Origin: an uncultured Candidatus Saccharibacteria bacterium
Lineage (GTDB): Bacteria; Patescibacteriota; Minisyncoccia; Phycocordibacterales; DATDWN01
Reading direction: 5' to 3'
Length of the DNA: 64,000 bases
NCBI GenBank assembly: GCA_964597675.1
Contig: CAZQYV010000001.1
Coordinates: 81,644-145,643, forward strand
Shown: one piece after another, positions 10,734-20,272 of the stretch
How positions within the stretch are numbered: position 1 is the stretch's first letter
How the letters are laid out: the number at the start of each line of letters is the position of its first letter
Program-made: the position numbers and the translations under genes
The notes under the pieces: model-generated
Database searches by the model: none
Seen by the model: the letters and a program-made list of their open reading frames with translations, nothing else
What the model was told of the DNA's origin: nothing

Positions 10734-11348
10734 ATGACCGTCGACCTTATTTTTTCCATCATTATCCTCATATTTTCAGTCATTATCCATGAGGTCTCTC
10801 ATGGTTATGCTGCATACCTGCAAGGGGATAATACAGCTAAATATGCAGGGAGATTGAATCTTAACCCCTTCAATCACCTCGAATGGTTTGGCTCATTTTT
10901 CTTGCCTATGATGTCATATTTTCTCGGGGGTTTTATTATTGGTTGGGCAAAGCCCGTTCCGTTCAATCCATACAATCTCCGTAATCAGCGATGGGGTGAA
11001 GCTCTTGTGGCAGTGGCAGGCCCTCTGTCAAATATATGTATAGCACTGATTTTTGGGCTTCTCATCCGGTCAGGCGTGGCATTTTCCTTTGGTCTGGCCT
11101 TTGTACAAATATCAGTGATGATAGTTACTATCAATTTAGTTTTAGCGACATTTAATCTCATACCCGTACCACCACTCGATGGTTCAAAGATTCTTTTCTC
11201 GTTTCTCCCATATTCTTTGCAATATATCCGTAATTTCCTCGAGCAGAACGGTACATTTATATTACTTTTCTTTGTCTTTTTCCTCTGGCAATTTATGATG
11301 CCTGTTATTTCATTGGAATTTACTCTTTTGACAGGACTAGTTCTATAA
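10734..11348 (+). CDS. site-2 protease family (M50) zinc metalloprotease, membrane embedded
   Basis: HEVSHG HExxH motif inside a TM helix, multi-pass membrane protein. Confidence 0.7.
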   Translation: MTVDLIFSIIILIFSVIIHEVSHGYAAYLQGDNTAKYAGRLNLNPFNHLEWFGSFFLPMMSYFLGGFIIGWAKPVPFNPYNLRNQRWGEALVAVAGPLSNICIALIFGLLIRSGVAFSFGLAFVQISVMIVTINLVLATFNLIPVPPLDGSKILFSFLPYSLQYIRNFLEQNGTFILLFFVFFLWQFMMPVISLEFTLLTGLVL

Positions 11349-11576
11349 TTTTGTGGAAACATAACCTCGTTGAGGCGTGGCATTTTTGGAGACTTCGGAG
11401 CTCGACGGAGCGAGATTTAGTGGTCCGGCTAGCAAGCTGAACCACGTGCTCTAAAAATACCACGGCGAAAAAGAGGTTTGATCTGAAACAAATTAGTTGA
11501 AGATGGGGAGGAGAAAGAGAGTATTACTTGCTAAACAATTTGCAATTTTCAGGGAAATATATTACTATGTCAGCCA

Positions 11577-11993
11577 ATGTCTACGATAAATCAATTAGTA
11601 AAGAAAAGCCGACATACGACCAAGAGAAAACCACGTTCTGTGGCTTTGACTCGTGGCTTTAATAACCTCAAAAACCATCCTGTATACTATTCGTCTCCAT
11701 TCAAGCGAGGCGTGTGTACAAAGGTGACTACAAAGACACCAAAGAAACCAAACTCCGCTATCCGAAAGATTGCCCGTGTTCGACTAACAAATGGCTACGA
11801 GGTAACCGCATACATCCCAGGAATGGGTCACAACTTGCAAGAGCACTCAGTGGTTATGCTTCGTGGTGGTAAAGTACGAGATGTTGGTCTACGATATTCA
11901 GTTGTCCGAGGAGTTTTGGATGCAACTGGAGTAGATAAACGAATGAAAGGCCGATCACGATATGGTGCGAAACGACCAAAGAAAGGTAAATAA
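11577..11993 (+). CDS. rpsL: 30S ribosomal protein S12
   Basis: TINQLVKK start, PNSAIRK, and the conserved GH..QEHS and LRGG..DLPGVRY-like blocks. Confidence 0.95.
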   Translation: MSTINQLVKKSRHTTKRKPRSVALTRGFNNLKNHPVYYSSPFKRGVCTKVTTKTPKKPNSAIRKIARVRLTNGYEVTAYIPGMGHNLQEHSVVMLRGGKVRDVGLRYSVVRGVLDATGVDKRMKGRSRYGAKRPKKGK

Positions 11994-12004
11994 TTCTAAT
12001 TATT

Positions 12005-12475
12005 ATGCGAAGAAAAGTCACAAACAGAAATATAGTAGGTCCAGATCACGTCTATAATTCAGCAAAAATAGGCAAGTTTATTAACTACGTTATGATTCGT
12101 GGGCAGAAAGCAACTGCACAAGGTATTGTATATGAAGCCCTCGAAAAGATAAAAGATAAGGCAAAAGTAGAGGATCCTATGGAAGTTTTGGATACTGCTC
12201 TTAAAAATACAGGACCTTTGACAGAGGTTCGATCACGACGAGTCGGCGGTGCAAACTATCAGATTCCCCGAGAAGTTCGTCCAGAGCGACGCTCATATCT
12301 CTCTATGAAATGGATTATTGATGCTGCTCGAGCACGAAAGGGTATTCCTATGGCTGAAAAATTGGCAGAAGAAATTATTTTGGCTTCAAAAAATGAAGGT
12401 GAGGCAGTAAAGAAGCGAGAAAACACTCACAAAATGGCAGAAGCAAACAAGGCGTTTGCCCACTTTGCATGGTAA
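12005..12475 (+). CDS. rpsG: 30S ribosomal protein S7
   Basis: S7 family sequence; position immediately after rpsL. Confidence 0.95.
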   Translation: MRRKVTNRNIVGPDHVYNSAKIGKFINYVMIRGQKATAQGIVYEALEKIKDKAKVEDPMEVLDTALKNTGPLTEVRSRRVGGANYQIPREVRPERRSYLSMKWIIDAARARKGIPMAEKLAEEIILASKNEGEAVKKRENTHKMAEANKAFAHFAW

Positions 12476-12648
12476 AAATAAACTAAAATTTTTAATACAA
12501 AAACACCACACCCTCTGTGTGGTGTTTTTGTTATCCCCACTTTTACTCCTCCTTCCTCCCACACCAATCATTTTCTCTGTTACAATATATCTAACACAAC
12601 AGGTGTTATTGTTTTTCATTATCATATTATTCGCATTTAACTATCACC

Positions 12649-15600
12649 ATGTCTCTATTCAATCGTATTCGTACCCTATTATTAATCTGTGCTCTCATCT
12701 TTGCAGGGAGTGTTGCACTGCACACCATACACGCACAGTCATCTGGCTACACACCAGTGTCAGTCAACTCTCCCACCAACACCTCACTCAAAGTGACAGC
12801 AACACCTCTAGAGTTAAACAACACCACAAACATGTGGTCCTACAAGATAGACTGGAAGAGAACACGTAATGCACAAGGTTCTATATCTATTGCAGAAGAG
12901 TCATCTCCTACAACTAAAGTCCTCTCACTCTCTCCTGCATCACAAGAGGGAAGTCAGACTGTCACACTCAAACCCTCTACTACATACAGAGTGAAGTTCT
13001 ACAGTACAACGGGATATGGTGGAACACTCATCTTGAGCAAAAAGATGACAACTCTCGCTACATCTGATGAGGATCCTGACCTAGAGGACGATGTGGTGAA
13101 TACAGATACTTCTATCACAGGTCTTCAAACGCAGATTGCATCTCTCCTTGCACAGATCAATGAACTCCGAGCACGATTAGCGGGGGGGACACCTGTGACT
13201 ACTAGCACCAGTTCAAGTCCTGCTGTTGTGACTACAACAGTATCTACAGGCACTGGGAGTTATGATCCTGCGGTGGATAACAGATCAACCAACACATTTT
13301 ACATTGCACCTAAGTCACAGGTAAAAACAGGTAGCAAACCTGCCTATTTCTTTGTGCGTATCGGTAAATATGGAAGTCAGAGCAGTGCTATATCAGAATT
13401 TAAAAATGTACCAAAAGGTATGAATGTCACTTTCTATAGGTTAGATAAAGATAGGATTGACCCTTCATGGTATTCAGGAGAGAAATTACCGGTTGATCAA
13501 TATTCATATACAGGAACTAGTTTTCCAATATTTGCGTATCTTAAATCAGTCCAACCATACCCATTGGCAAAATGGCTTGGGACGTATCAGCGTTGGTTAA
13601 AACCTGATGAAAATATGGCCAGAAGCCAATTTGGCGGACCTAATATTATTAACGACGGCACAGCTATTCTTAGGTCTGGAGAAATGGGGCTGTTAAAAGT
13701 TGATACAGATACAGATTTTACGGCTGGACCTGGGACATATACTATTACAGCAGTCGAGAGTACTAATCAAGGTTCAGATATTGCGGGACAATATAATTCA
13801 TCGGCTACGAAAAAAGAAGTAACATTTAGTGTTGTAATCGGTGATCAGGTGGCAATGTGTCTCAGTGATTTAAAGACGTGGCCAAGTCCAACAGCAAAAA
13901 ATTCTAAAACACTTCCTGATGCATTTAAACTATCTGGCGATCCTGGAAGATTTAATGATGCCTGTGATCCAAGTATTGGCGCAAATGCTTCAGGATTTCC
14001 AAATTTTACTGACAGAAAGAAGCCGTTATTGCAGGATTGTGTTACTAAAGCACAAAAACAAGCAGATGCTCTCGGTGTTCCCATGTCTTGTTCTATCATT
14101 ACAGAGGCAAGTGGTGGTTATTTCCGAGCTGGCTGTATAATCACTGGTACTGGCTATGAATTTCAAGCAGCACAATTGGTTGGAACAGGACAAGTTGGTA
14201 CAAATCAGCAGTATTCTCAGGGTAGTTGGAGAGATGTAGAGAGGACAATTCTTCAAAGACAAGCAGAAAAAGTGGCTGATCGTGGATATGTATATTATGA
14301 TAACGACTCAAATGTTTGGCGAGCAATGAATCAGACTGTAGCAGACGCACCAGCATCTTGTGATAAGTTGCTCGATGTTGATGTTAAAAGCGTTAATAAA
14401 GAATGGAATATTTCCATTCATGCTAAGTCACTGACAGAAGGTTCTGTTATTCCAATCGAAATTGTTGCACACCCATCGGTTAAATCAGTTAGTCTATATC
14501 TGCTTAAAGATTATACGAATGGTTCGAACGCAAGAGAGTGGTGGAATGATGAGTATGCCAAACTTTCATCAGCAACTTCTTGGAGTTCATGGATTGGTGA
14601 GAAAAATGCAGCTCAATCACCACAAAGAAATTTAATTGGATATCCAGAATATCATCCACAGGTTGCGTTGACTATGCAGAGAGTCAACTTGGTAAATGGT
14701 AAGGGTACAATACAGTGGACTGTTCCTTCTAAGCTTGAGCCATATCAAGAAATGGGCTGGAACCAAGGAGGACAAGGCGGTTTGCAGCCAGCCGTTCAAT
14801 ATAGTATTAGAGCGATAGCAGACAATAGTATATGGTCTGATAGTCCTAGTTTTACTATATTATCTAATACTCAATCATGTAACTTACTCGAGGGTACAGC
14901 ATGTGATTCATCAAAGGTTACTGAGTCTGTGCAGTCCGGTTCATCTGGAGGTTATGCATTATGGGTAAATGGCCGCGATTTGTATAGGTCTTTCGGTGTA
15001 ATGGGTCAAGGAGTTGCTCCTCTAGATGTTCGAATTACAACTGCTGATGCAACATATAAAACTGGAGATCCTCATCCAAGTAGTTCTGTTCCACTTCCTG
15101 TTCCAGTAACGGCAGGCAAACCAATTCAGATTTCAGGATACATGTTTAATAATTCGACCAAAAAAGTTGATATTGATCTGTTAAATATTGGCACCCCTCT
15201 GTGTCAAAGCAGTGTCAACCAAGCGTATCAAGTGTTCCATGCTTGTGAGCAAGAATATTATTCAAAACCAATAGTGACATGGTCAATTGCTCGGGATATA
15301 CCATCACGCATTATAACTGATTCATTAGGATATAATACATGGTTCTTTAATCACATCTTTACAGTACCATCTGATGCGATTGTTCCCGGTAAATACGTCA
15401 TTCGCATAACCGATCCTGATTTCTTGTATAGTTATGCTGGACAGGAGAGAGGAACAGCTATATTTGGATTTCAGGGTGGTGTAGCATTTAGTCCATCATT
15501 TGAGGTGATCGGTTCATCACAGCCTGCTACAGGACAGACGCCAACTCCGACAACACCTTCAACACCAACTAGCGCAACACCAGTTTCTAATGCTTCAGGT

Positions 15601-15882
15601 GTGGACGGATTCTCTTCAGTATGTGAATCTACATCAACCTTCTGGTTTAGAAACAACGCATCGGCATATAATCTATATCGAAACACAACAAATAATGTTT
15701 CGACTGCACAGAAAATCTTGAGTAACATATCTTATATGCCTGGGAGTAGTACGGGCGGGTATGTTGATAAACCGCAGAGAGGAACATACTTCTATTGGGT
15801 AGAAAATGTTGGAAGTACTGTAAAAGCCCCTTCTGCAAAGAATGCAATAGATGGTGTACCGGTCATGTCATGTCTCTTCTAA
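12649..15882 (+). CDS. large secreted protein, paralog A (1077 aa): signal peptide, shared Fn3-like N-terminal module, coiled coil, Thr/Ser linker, divergent large C-terminal domains ending in a second Fn3-like domain
   Basis: Signal peptide MSLFNRIRTLLLICALIFAGSVALHTIHAQ; about 110 aa module shared with the two downstream genes; Y-x-Y-x-V beta-sandwich signatures. Confidence 0.7.
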   Translation: MSLFNRIRTLLLICALIFAGSVALHTIHAQSSGYTPVSVNSPTNTSLKVTATPLELNNTTNMWSYKIDWKRTRNAQGSISIAEESSPTTKVLSLSPASQEGSQTVTLKPSTTYRVKFYSTTGYGGTLILSKKMTTLATSDEDPDLEDDVVNTDTSITGLQTQIASLLAQINELRARLAGGTPVTTSTSSSPAVVTTTVSTGTGSYDPAVDNRSTNTFYIAPKSQVKTGSKPAYFFVRIGKYGSQSSAISEFKNVPKGMNVTFYRLDKDRIDPSWYSGEKLPVDQYSYTGTSFPIFAYLKSVQPYPLAKWLGTYQRWLKPDENMARSQFGGPNIINDGTAILRSGEMGLLKVDTDTDFTAGPGTYTITAVESTNQGSDIAGQYNSSATKKEVTFSVVIGDQVAMCLSDLKTWPSPTAKNSKTLPDAFKLSGDPGRFNDACDPSIGANASGFPNFTDRKKPLLQDCVTKAQKQADALGVPMSCSIITEASGGYFRAGCIITGTGYEFQAAQLVGTGQVGTNQQYSQGSWRDVERTILQRQAEKVADRGYVYYDNDSNVWRAMNQTVADAPASCDKLLDVDVKSVNKEWNISIHAKSLTEGSVIPIEIVAHPSVKSVSLYLLKDYTNGSNAREWWNDEYAKLSSATSWSSWIGEKNAAQSPQRNLIGYPEYHPQVALTMQRVNLVNGKGTIQWTVPSKLEPYQEMGWNQGGQGGLQPAVQYSIRAIADNSIWSDSPSFTILSNTQSCNLLEGTACDSSKVTESVQSGSSGGYALWVNGRDLYRSFGVMGQGVAPLDVRITTADATYKTGDPHPSSSVPLPVPVTAGKPIQISGYMFNNSTKKVDIDLLNIGTPLCQSSVNQAYQVFHACEQEYYSKPIVTWSIARDIPSRIITDSLGYNTWFFNHIFTVPSDAIVPGKYVIRITDPDFLYSYAGQERGTAIFGFQGGVAFSPSFEVIGSSQPATGQTPTPTTPSTPTSATPVSNASGVDGFSSVCESTSTFWFRNNASAYNLYRNTTNNVSTAQKILSNISYMPGSSTGGYVDKPQRGTYFYWVENVGSTVKAPSAKNAIDGVPVMSCLF

Positions 15883-15941
15883 AGTTAAATTTCAAAAAAT
15901 CTCCCTTTGGGGAGATTTTTGTATATATTAAAAAATATGTC

Positions 15942-16330
15942 TGATATAATACACCAATGAACATATCAAAATATCTTAGTACCCCTTTACTCATCCTCAC
16001 CATCCTTCTTACTACACTCTGGAGTGTACACACCCTACACGCACAGTCATCTGGCTACACACCAGTGTCAGTCAACTCTCCCACCAACACCTCACTCAAA
16101 GTGACAGCAACACCTCTAGAGTTAAACAACACCACAAACATGTGGTCCTACAAGATAGACTGGAAGAGAACACGTAATGCACAAGGTTCTATATCTATTG
16201 CAGAAGAGTCATCTCCTACAACCAAAGTCCTCTCACTCTCTCCTGCATCACAAGAGGGTACACAGACTGTCACACTGAAACCTTCTACTACATACCGAGT
16301 GAAGTTTTATAGTACAACGGGGTATGGAGG
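15942..16330 (+). repeat. about 390 bp segment (promoter, signal peptide, N-terminal module) nearly identical to 18770..19158; a 220 bp core is also shared with 12731..12950
   Basis: Direct nucleotide comparison shows only a couple of mismatches over hundreds of bases. Confidence 0.8.
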
Positions 16331-18722
16331 AACAGTTATATTAAGCAAGAAACTTACGACATTGTCTTTTGACGATGAACAGCCAGATATTGATGCAACC
16401 TATGTGCAGATAAAACCAGCAAATATATTGCAGACACAGATAAGTGAATTACTTGCGATTATTGCACGATTACGTGCACAACTTGATGCAATATCAATTT
16501 CAACCACAACCCCTCGCATACAACCGCCACAGCCAGCCCTGTGTACTATGGAAGTACGTCTCTGTCCGGACGGTATAACTTATGTTGGACGCACAGGTCC
16601 ACAGTGTGAGTCTGCACCATGTCCTGTAAGTCCAAGTGTTCCATCAAGTCCTGTAAATGTACAAAATACGGTAGTAGTATCAAATAAAAGTGATGTCACT
16701 GTAACCAATTACCCGATGCAAATAGGTAGACCATTTAAGCAGGGTGAGATTGTGGGATATCCTAGTGTGTCGATAAATGGGTCGACTGTACTTACTCAGG
16801 CAGATGTAAAAAATCGATGGTCAGACGGTAGTGTAAAATTTGCAATACTTTCTTTTGTTCTACCGAATTTATCAGCAAATTCTACATTAACATTAGCATT
16901 TTCTAATCAATCGTCTGGTAACAATACTGCGTTGACGAAAAGCCAAATGCTTGGAACCAATTACAATTTTGATGCTCAAATAAAATTGACTAGTGGAGGT
17001 AATACAAAGATGGTATCTGCACGAGACATGCTATCCAATGGTGATTATGTGGTATGGACGAGTGGACCCGTGGCCACAACGATTATTCTTGCCGATCATT
17101 CTGCTGATAGAAAATATGATATGGGATTTGATTCTCACAAATCATTTAGACCAATTTTCGAAGCAACATTTTGGCCAGCAACAAATCAAGTAAGAGTAAG
17201 ATATATTGGTGAAAATAGTAATACAAAATCACTCCAAGATATACAATATGACCTTGCTTTGACACTTGGTTCAGTAAATCCAAAGTCTGTGTATAGTCGA
17301 GCAGGGTTGGCCCATCCTTTGCTCACTCGTTGGACAAAAGTTTTTTGGCTAAATGGTGCACCAAATCAGAAAATCAATGTCGATAATAATTTAGCATATC
17401 TCAGTCAGACAACATATTTTCCAGTGTTTGATATGACAGTTAGTGTTCCGGATGAAGTTGTAGCCTCTGCATATAGTTCTTGGCAAAATAATCCACACGA
17501 CCTATACGATTCTGGTGGTTGGACAAAATATATGCCAACAACTGGCGGAAGGTCAGATATTTCACCATTTACCAATTGGACAATGCGTTGGTTATATACA
17601 GGTGATTGGCGTACACGAGAGATTGCTCTGGGAATGGGTGATTTGGCTGGAGCATGGCGCTTGCATGCTCGTGAAGGAGACTCAACAAAAAAAATAGATA
17701 AAGCACAGACTCAATCTGGACTTACTTTGCCGATATCGGTGTATGCATATCCAAATCTATGGCTGCCCGACAACAACGGTTCCTATGGACAATTAGCAAT
17801 TCCGAACGCTCGGGTGGTTGATAACGGCTGGGTGGCTGATAATGCTCACCAACCGGATCCATTTTATGCCGAGTATGTGCTGACTGGTGATCATTGGTAT
17901 CTAGAAGAAGCGCAGATGTGGGCTAGTATGAGTGCCTTGGCAAACTGTCCCGGAAGTGCACAGTGGTGTCGCGGTTCGGGAATGGCGGGACTACAAGATC
18001 AGGTACGTGGTGATGCATGGGCATTCCGTAATCGTATGAATGCTGCTTTCATCACTCCAGATGATATGCAGACACTCAAAAACTTTTATACTAATATGGT
18101 CAATGATGTTTTGGCTTTTTGGGAAGGGAAAGCTGGAATTACTGGCACGGGGTTTCAAAATACTACTGAATGGAAATGGGCAAACACAAATACGTACAAG
18201 GTTGCACGAACAAACCCGCTCCATTTTTGGTCAATTGATGGTGCTCCACCATACTATTATGCTCCATGGCAGCAGTATTATCTTTTGACAGTGCTTGGAA
18301 TAGCAAAAGAAAGGGGATATGCGACCCGTCCGTTATTTGATTTTCTCAGTACTATGCTAACAAAACAAATATCAGCTGAGCGGTATAATCCATTCAATTT
18401 GGCATCATATTCTATTCAGGTTTCGGATGCAAAAGGAAATTGGTACCCTACATGGGGAGATGTACAGGCGGCAAACGTTGACCGTGACTATATGAAGGCA
18501 ACTGGTGATTTTTTAGCAACTAATAATGGTGCATATTATCCAATACTTGCAACAGCCGCTTCTTCATTTATGACATCTACTTCAGATGGTATGTCTACAT
18601 GGAATTTCTTGAAGACTAATGTGAAAGATAGTTCATTACGTAAATTACTAACCGTACCGGGTTGGTATACGAGTTACTATGATGGTACTGGGGAACTTGG
18701 ATGGAATATTATTCCACGTTGA
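15957..18722 (+). CDS. large secreted protein, paralog B (921 aa): same N-terminal module, a 4-Cys CTME[VA]RLCPDGITYVGRTGPQC module, then a divergent C-terminal region of unknown (possibly carbohydrate-active) function
   Basis: N-terminal 130 aa nearly identical to paralogs A and C; TATAAT 6 nt upstream of the ATG; C-terminal Trp-rich region. Confidence 0.7.
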   Translation: MNISKYLSTPLLILTILLTTLWSVHTLHAQSSGYTPVSVNSPTNTSLKVTATPLELNNTTNMWSYKIDWKRTRNAQGSISIAEESSPTTKVLSLSPASQEGTQTVTLKPSTTYRVKFYSTTGYGGTVILSKKLTTLSFDDEQPDIDATYVQIKPANILQTQISELLAIIARLRAQLDAISISTTTPRIQPPQPALCTMEVRLCPDGITYVGRTGPQCESAPCPVSPSVPSSPVNVQNTVVVSNKSDVTVTNYPMQIGRPFKQGEIVGYPSVSINGSTVLTQADVKNRWSDGSVKFAILSFVLPNLSANSTLTLAFSNQSSGNNTALTKSQMLGTNYNFDAQIKLTSGGNTKMVSARDMLSNGDYVVWTSGPVATTIILADHSADRKYDMGFDSHKSFRPIFEATFWPATNQVRVRYIGENSNTKSLQDIQYDLALTLGSVNPKSVYSRAGLAHPLLTRWTKVFWLNGAPNQKINVDNNLAYLSQTTYFPVFDMTVSVPDEVVASAYSSWQNNPHDLYDSGGWTKYMPTTGGRSDISPFTNWTMRWLYTGDWRTREIALGMGDLAGAWRLHAREGDSTKKIDKAQTQSGLTLPISVYAYPNLWLPDNNGSYGQLAIPNARVVDNGWVADNAHQPDPFYAEYVLTGDHWYLEEAQMWASMSALANCPGSAQWCRGSGMAGLQDQVRGDAWAFRNRMNAAFITPDDMQTLKNFYTNMVNDVLAFWEGKAGITGTGFQNTTEWKWANTNTYKVARTNPLHFWSIDGAPPYYYAPWQQYYLLTVLGIAKERGYATRPLFDFLSTMLTKQISAERYNPFNLASYSIQVSDAKGNWYPTWGDVQAANVDRDYMKATGDFLATNNGAYYPILATAASSFMTSTSDGMSTWNFLKTNVKDSSLRKLLTVPGWYTSYYDGTGELGWNIIPR

Positions 18723-18784
18723 TAGTACTAAAATTTTTGTTTAGATGGATATTGTAGGATGTGTTTATGTGTTATAATACACCA

Positions 18785-20173
18785 ATGAACATATCAAAAT
18801 ATCTTAGTACCCCTTTACTCATCCTCACCATCCTTCTTACTACACTCTGGAGTGTACACACCCTACACGCACAGTCATCTGGCTACACACCAGTGTCAGT
18901 CAACTCTCCCACCAACACCTCACTCAAAGTGACAGCAACACCTCTAGAGTTAAACAACACCACAAACATGTGGTCCTACAAGATAGACTGGAAGAGAACA
19001 CGTAATGCACAAGGTTCTATATCTATTGCAGAAGAGTCATCTCCTACAACCAAAGTCCTCTCACTCTCTCCTGCATCACAAGAGGGTACACAGACAGTCA
19101 CACTGAAACCTTCTACTACATACAGAGTGAAGTTTTATAGTACACCAAACTACACAGGCACTGCTATTTTGAGTAGGAGAATGACAACACTTTCAATATA
19201 TGATGAAGAGCCAGATGTTGAAAATATCATACCCCCTGTTTCCATGGATTCAAGTATAACTAATCTTCAGTCACGTATCTCTGAATTGTTACGTATGATA
19301 GAACAATTACGAGGACAAATTGGTCGCAGTGTATCTTCGTCTTCTACCGCAACAAGTACAGCCACTACAACAAATCCTCTAATTTCACTTCCGCAACAAC
19401 CTGTAGCATGCACCATGGAGGCACGCCTGTGCCCAGATGGTATTACATATGTAGGACGAACCGGCCCGCAGTGTGAATTTGGAGCATGTCCTGTAAAAAA
19501 ATGTGATACTGGATTACTCTACATGCCATCATGTTCTGGCGTACCTGTTCAAAATCCAAACACATGTGAAATAACGTGTCAGTCTAGTGCACAGTCAGCA
19601 CGAGTAACAATTACAACAAACTATAGCGAGCCACTTCTTTTGGGTTCATATAGTAATTTGTCATTTCAGGTATCATTGCCACAAAATGTAAATCCAAATC
19701 CTGACTATACATTCAAGTTAGTCGGTAGTATTCCTGGTATGATTTTTGAAAATATGTGGTGTGACCAAGTGGGTTATGGAGGAATCTGTCCTAAAATGGT
19801 AAGTGTATCAAGTGTCATGTATCTTGACGGCAGACCAACTCAAGTGGGAATATATCCCATTACTCTTGTTGCCACAGATCAATATGGTAATACAGGATCA
19901 AAAACTATAAACATAGAAGTGGTTAGTTTGAAACCGTTACCACTTATTACTCAATGTCTCTATGCTGCACCACCAGATGGTTGTAGTTATATTCCCGGAC
20001 CGAATTATAATCCTCAGACAACATGCGGTATGATTCTTTCCTGTAATGCAGAGACAGCATGTCAAAATGTTGAAGTGGGTGTAATGCGAACTTGCTTGAC
20101 AGGATATGTTTCAAAATTAAATCCAAAAACGTGTATATATGAGTGTGCACCTGTTGGTAGCAGTTCAGAATAG
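18785..20173 (+). CDS. secreted protein, paralog C (463 aa): same N-terminal module and Cys module, with a Cys-rich C-terminal region
   Basis: Start at MNISKYL, identical to paralog B including the upstream tataatacacca; the ORF track starts 24 nt earlier at 18761. Confidence 0.7.
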   Translation: MNISKYLSTPLLILTILLTTLWSVHTLHAQSSGYTPVSVNSPTNTSLKVTATPLELNNTTNMWSYKIDWKRTRNAQGSISIAEESSPTTKVLSLSPASQEGTQTVTLKPSTTYRVKFYSTPNYTGTAILSRRMTTLSIYDEEPDVENIIPPVSMDSSITNLQSRISELLRMIEQLRGQIGRSVSSSSTATSTATTTNPLISLPQQPVACTMEARLCPDGITYVGRTGPQCEFGACPVKKCDTGLLYMPSCSGVPVQNPNTCEITCQSSAQSARVTITTNYSEPLLLGSYSNLSFQVSLPQNVNPNPDYTFKLVGSIPGMIFENMWCDQVGYGGICPKMVSVSSVMYLDGRPTQVGIYPITLVATDQYGNTGSKTINIEVVSLKPLPLITQCLYAAPPDGCSYIPGPNYNPQTTCGMILSCNAETACQNVEVGVMRTCLTGYVSKLNPKTCIYECAPVGSSSE

Positions 20174-20272
20174 GCACGTTCATAATTGCGTTATCCTTAT
20201 TTTTGGTATATAGTTTGAGATGTTAAAAATCGAGTGTGTTCGACTTGTTTTAATTATTAATTTATCATTTTT

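Noticed and set aside
11349-11576. A 228-bp leader upstream of rpsL, as a possible riboswitch or ncRNA
   Set aside because: No convincing conserved structure or terminator was seen. It could simply hold the promoter for the str operon. Left unassigned.
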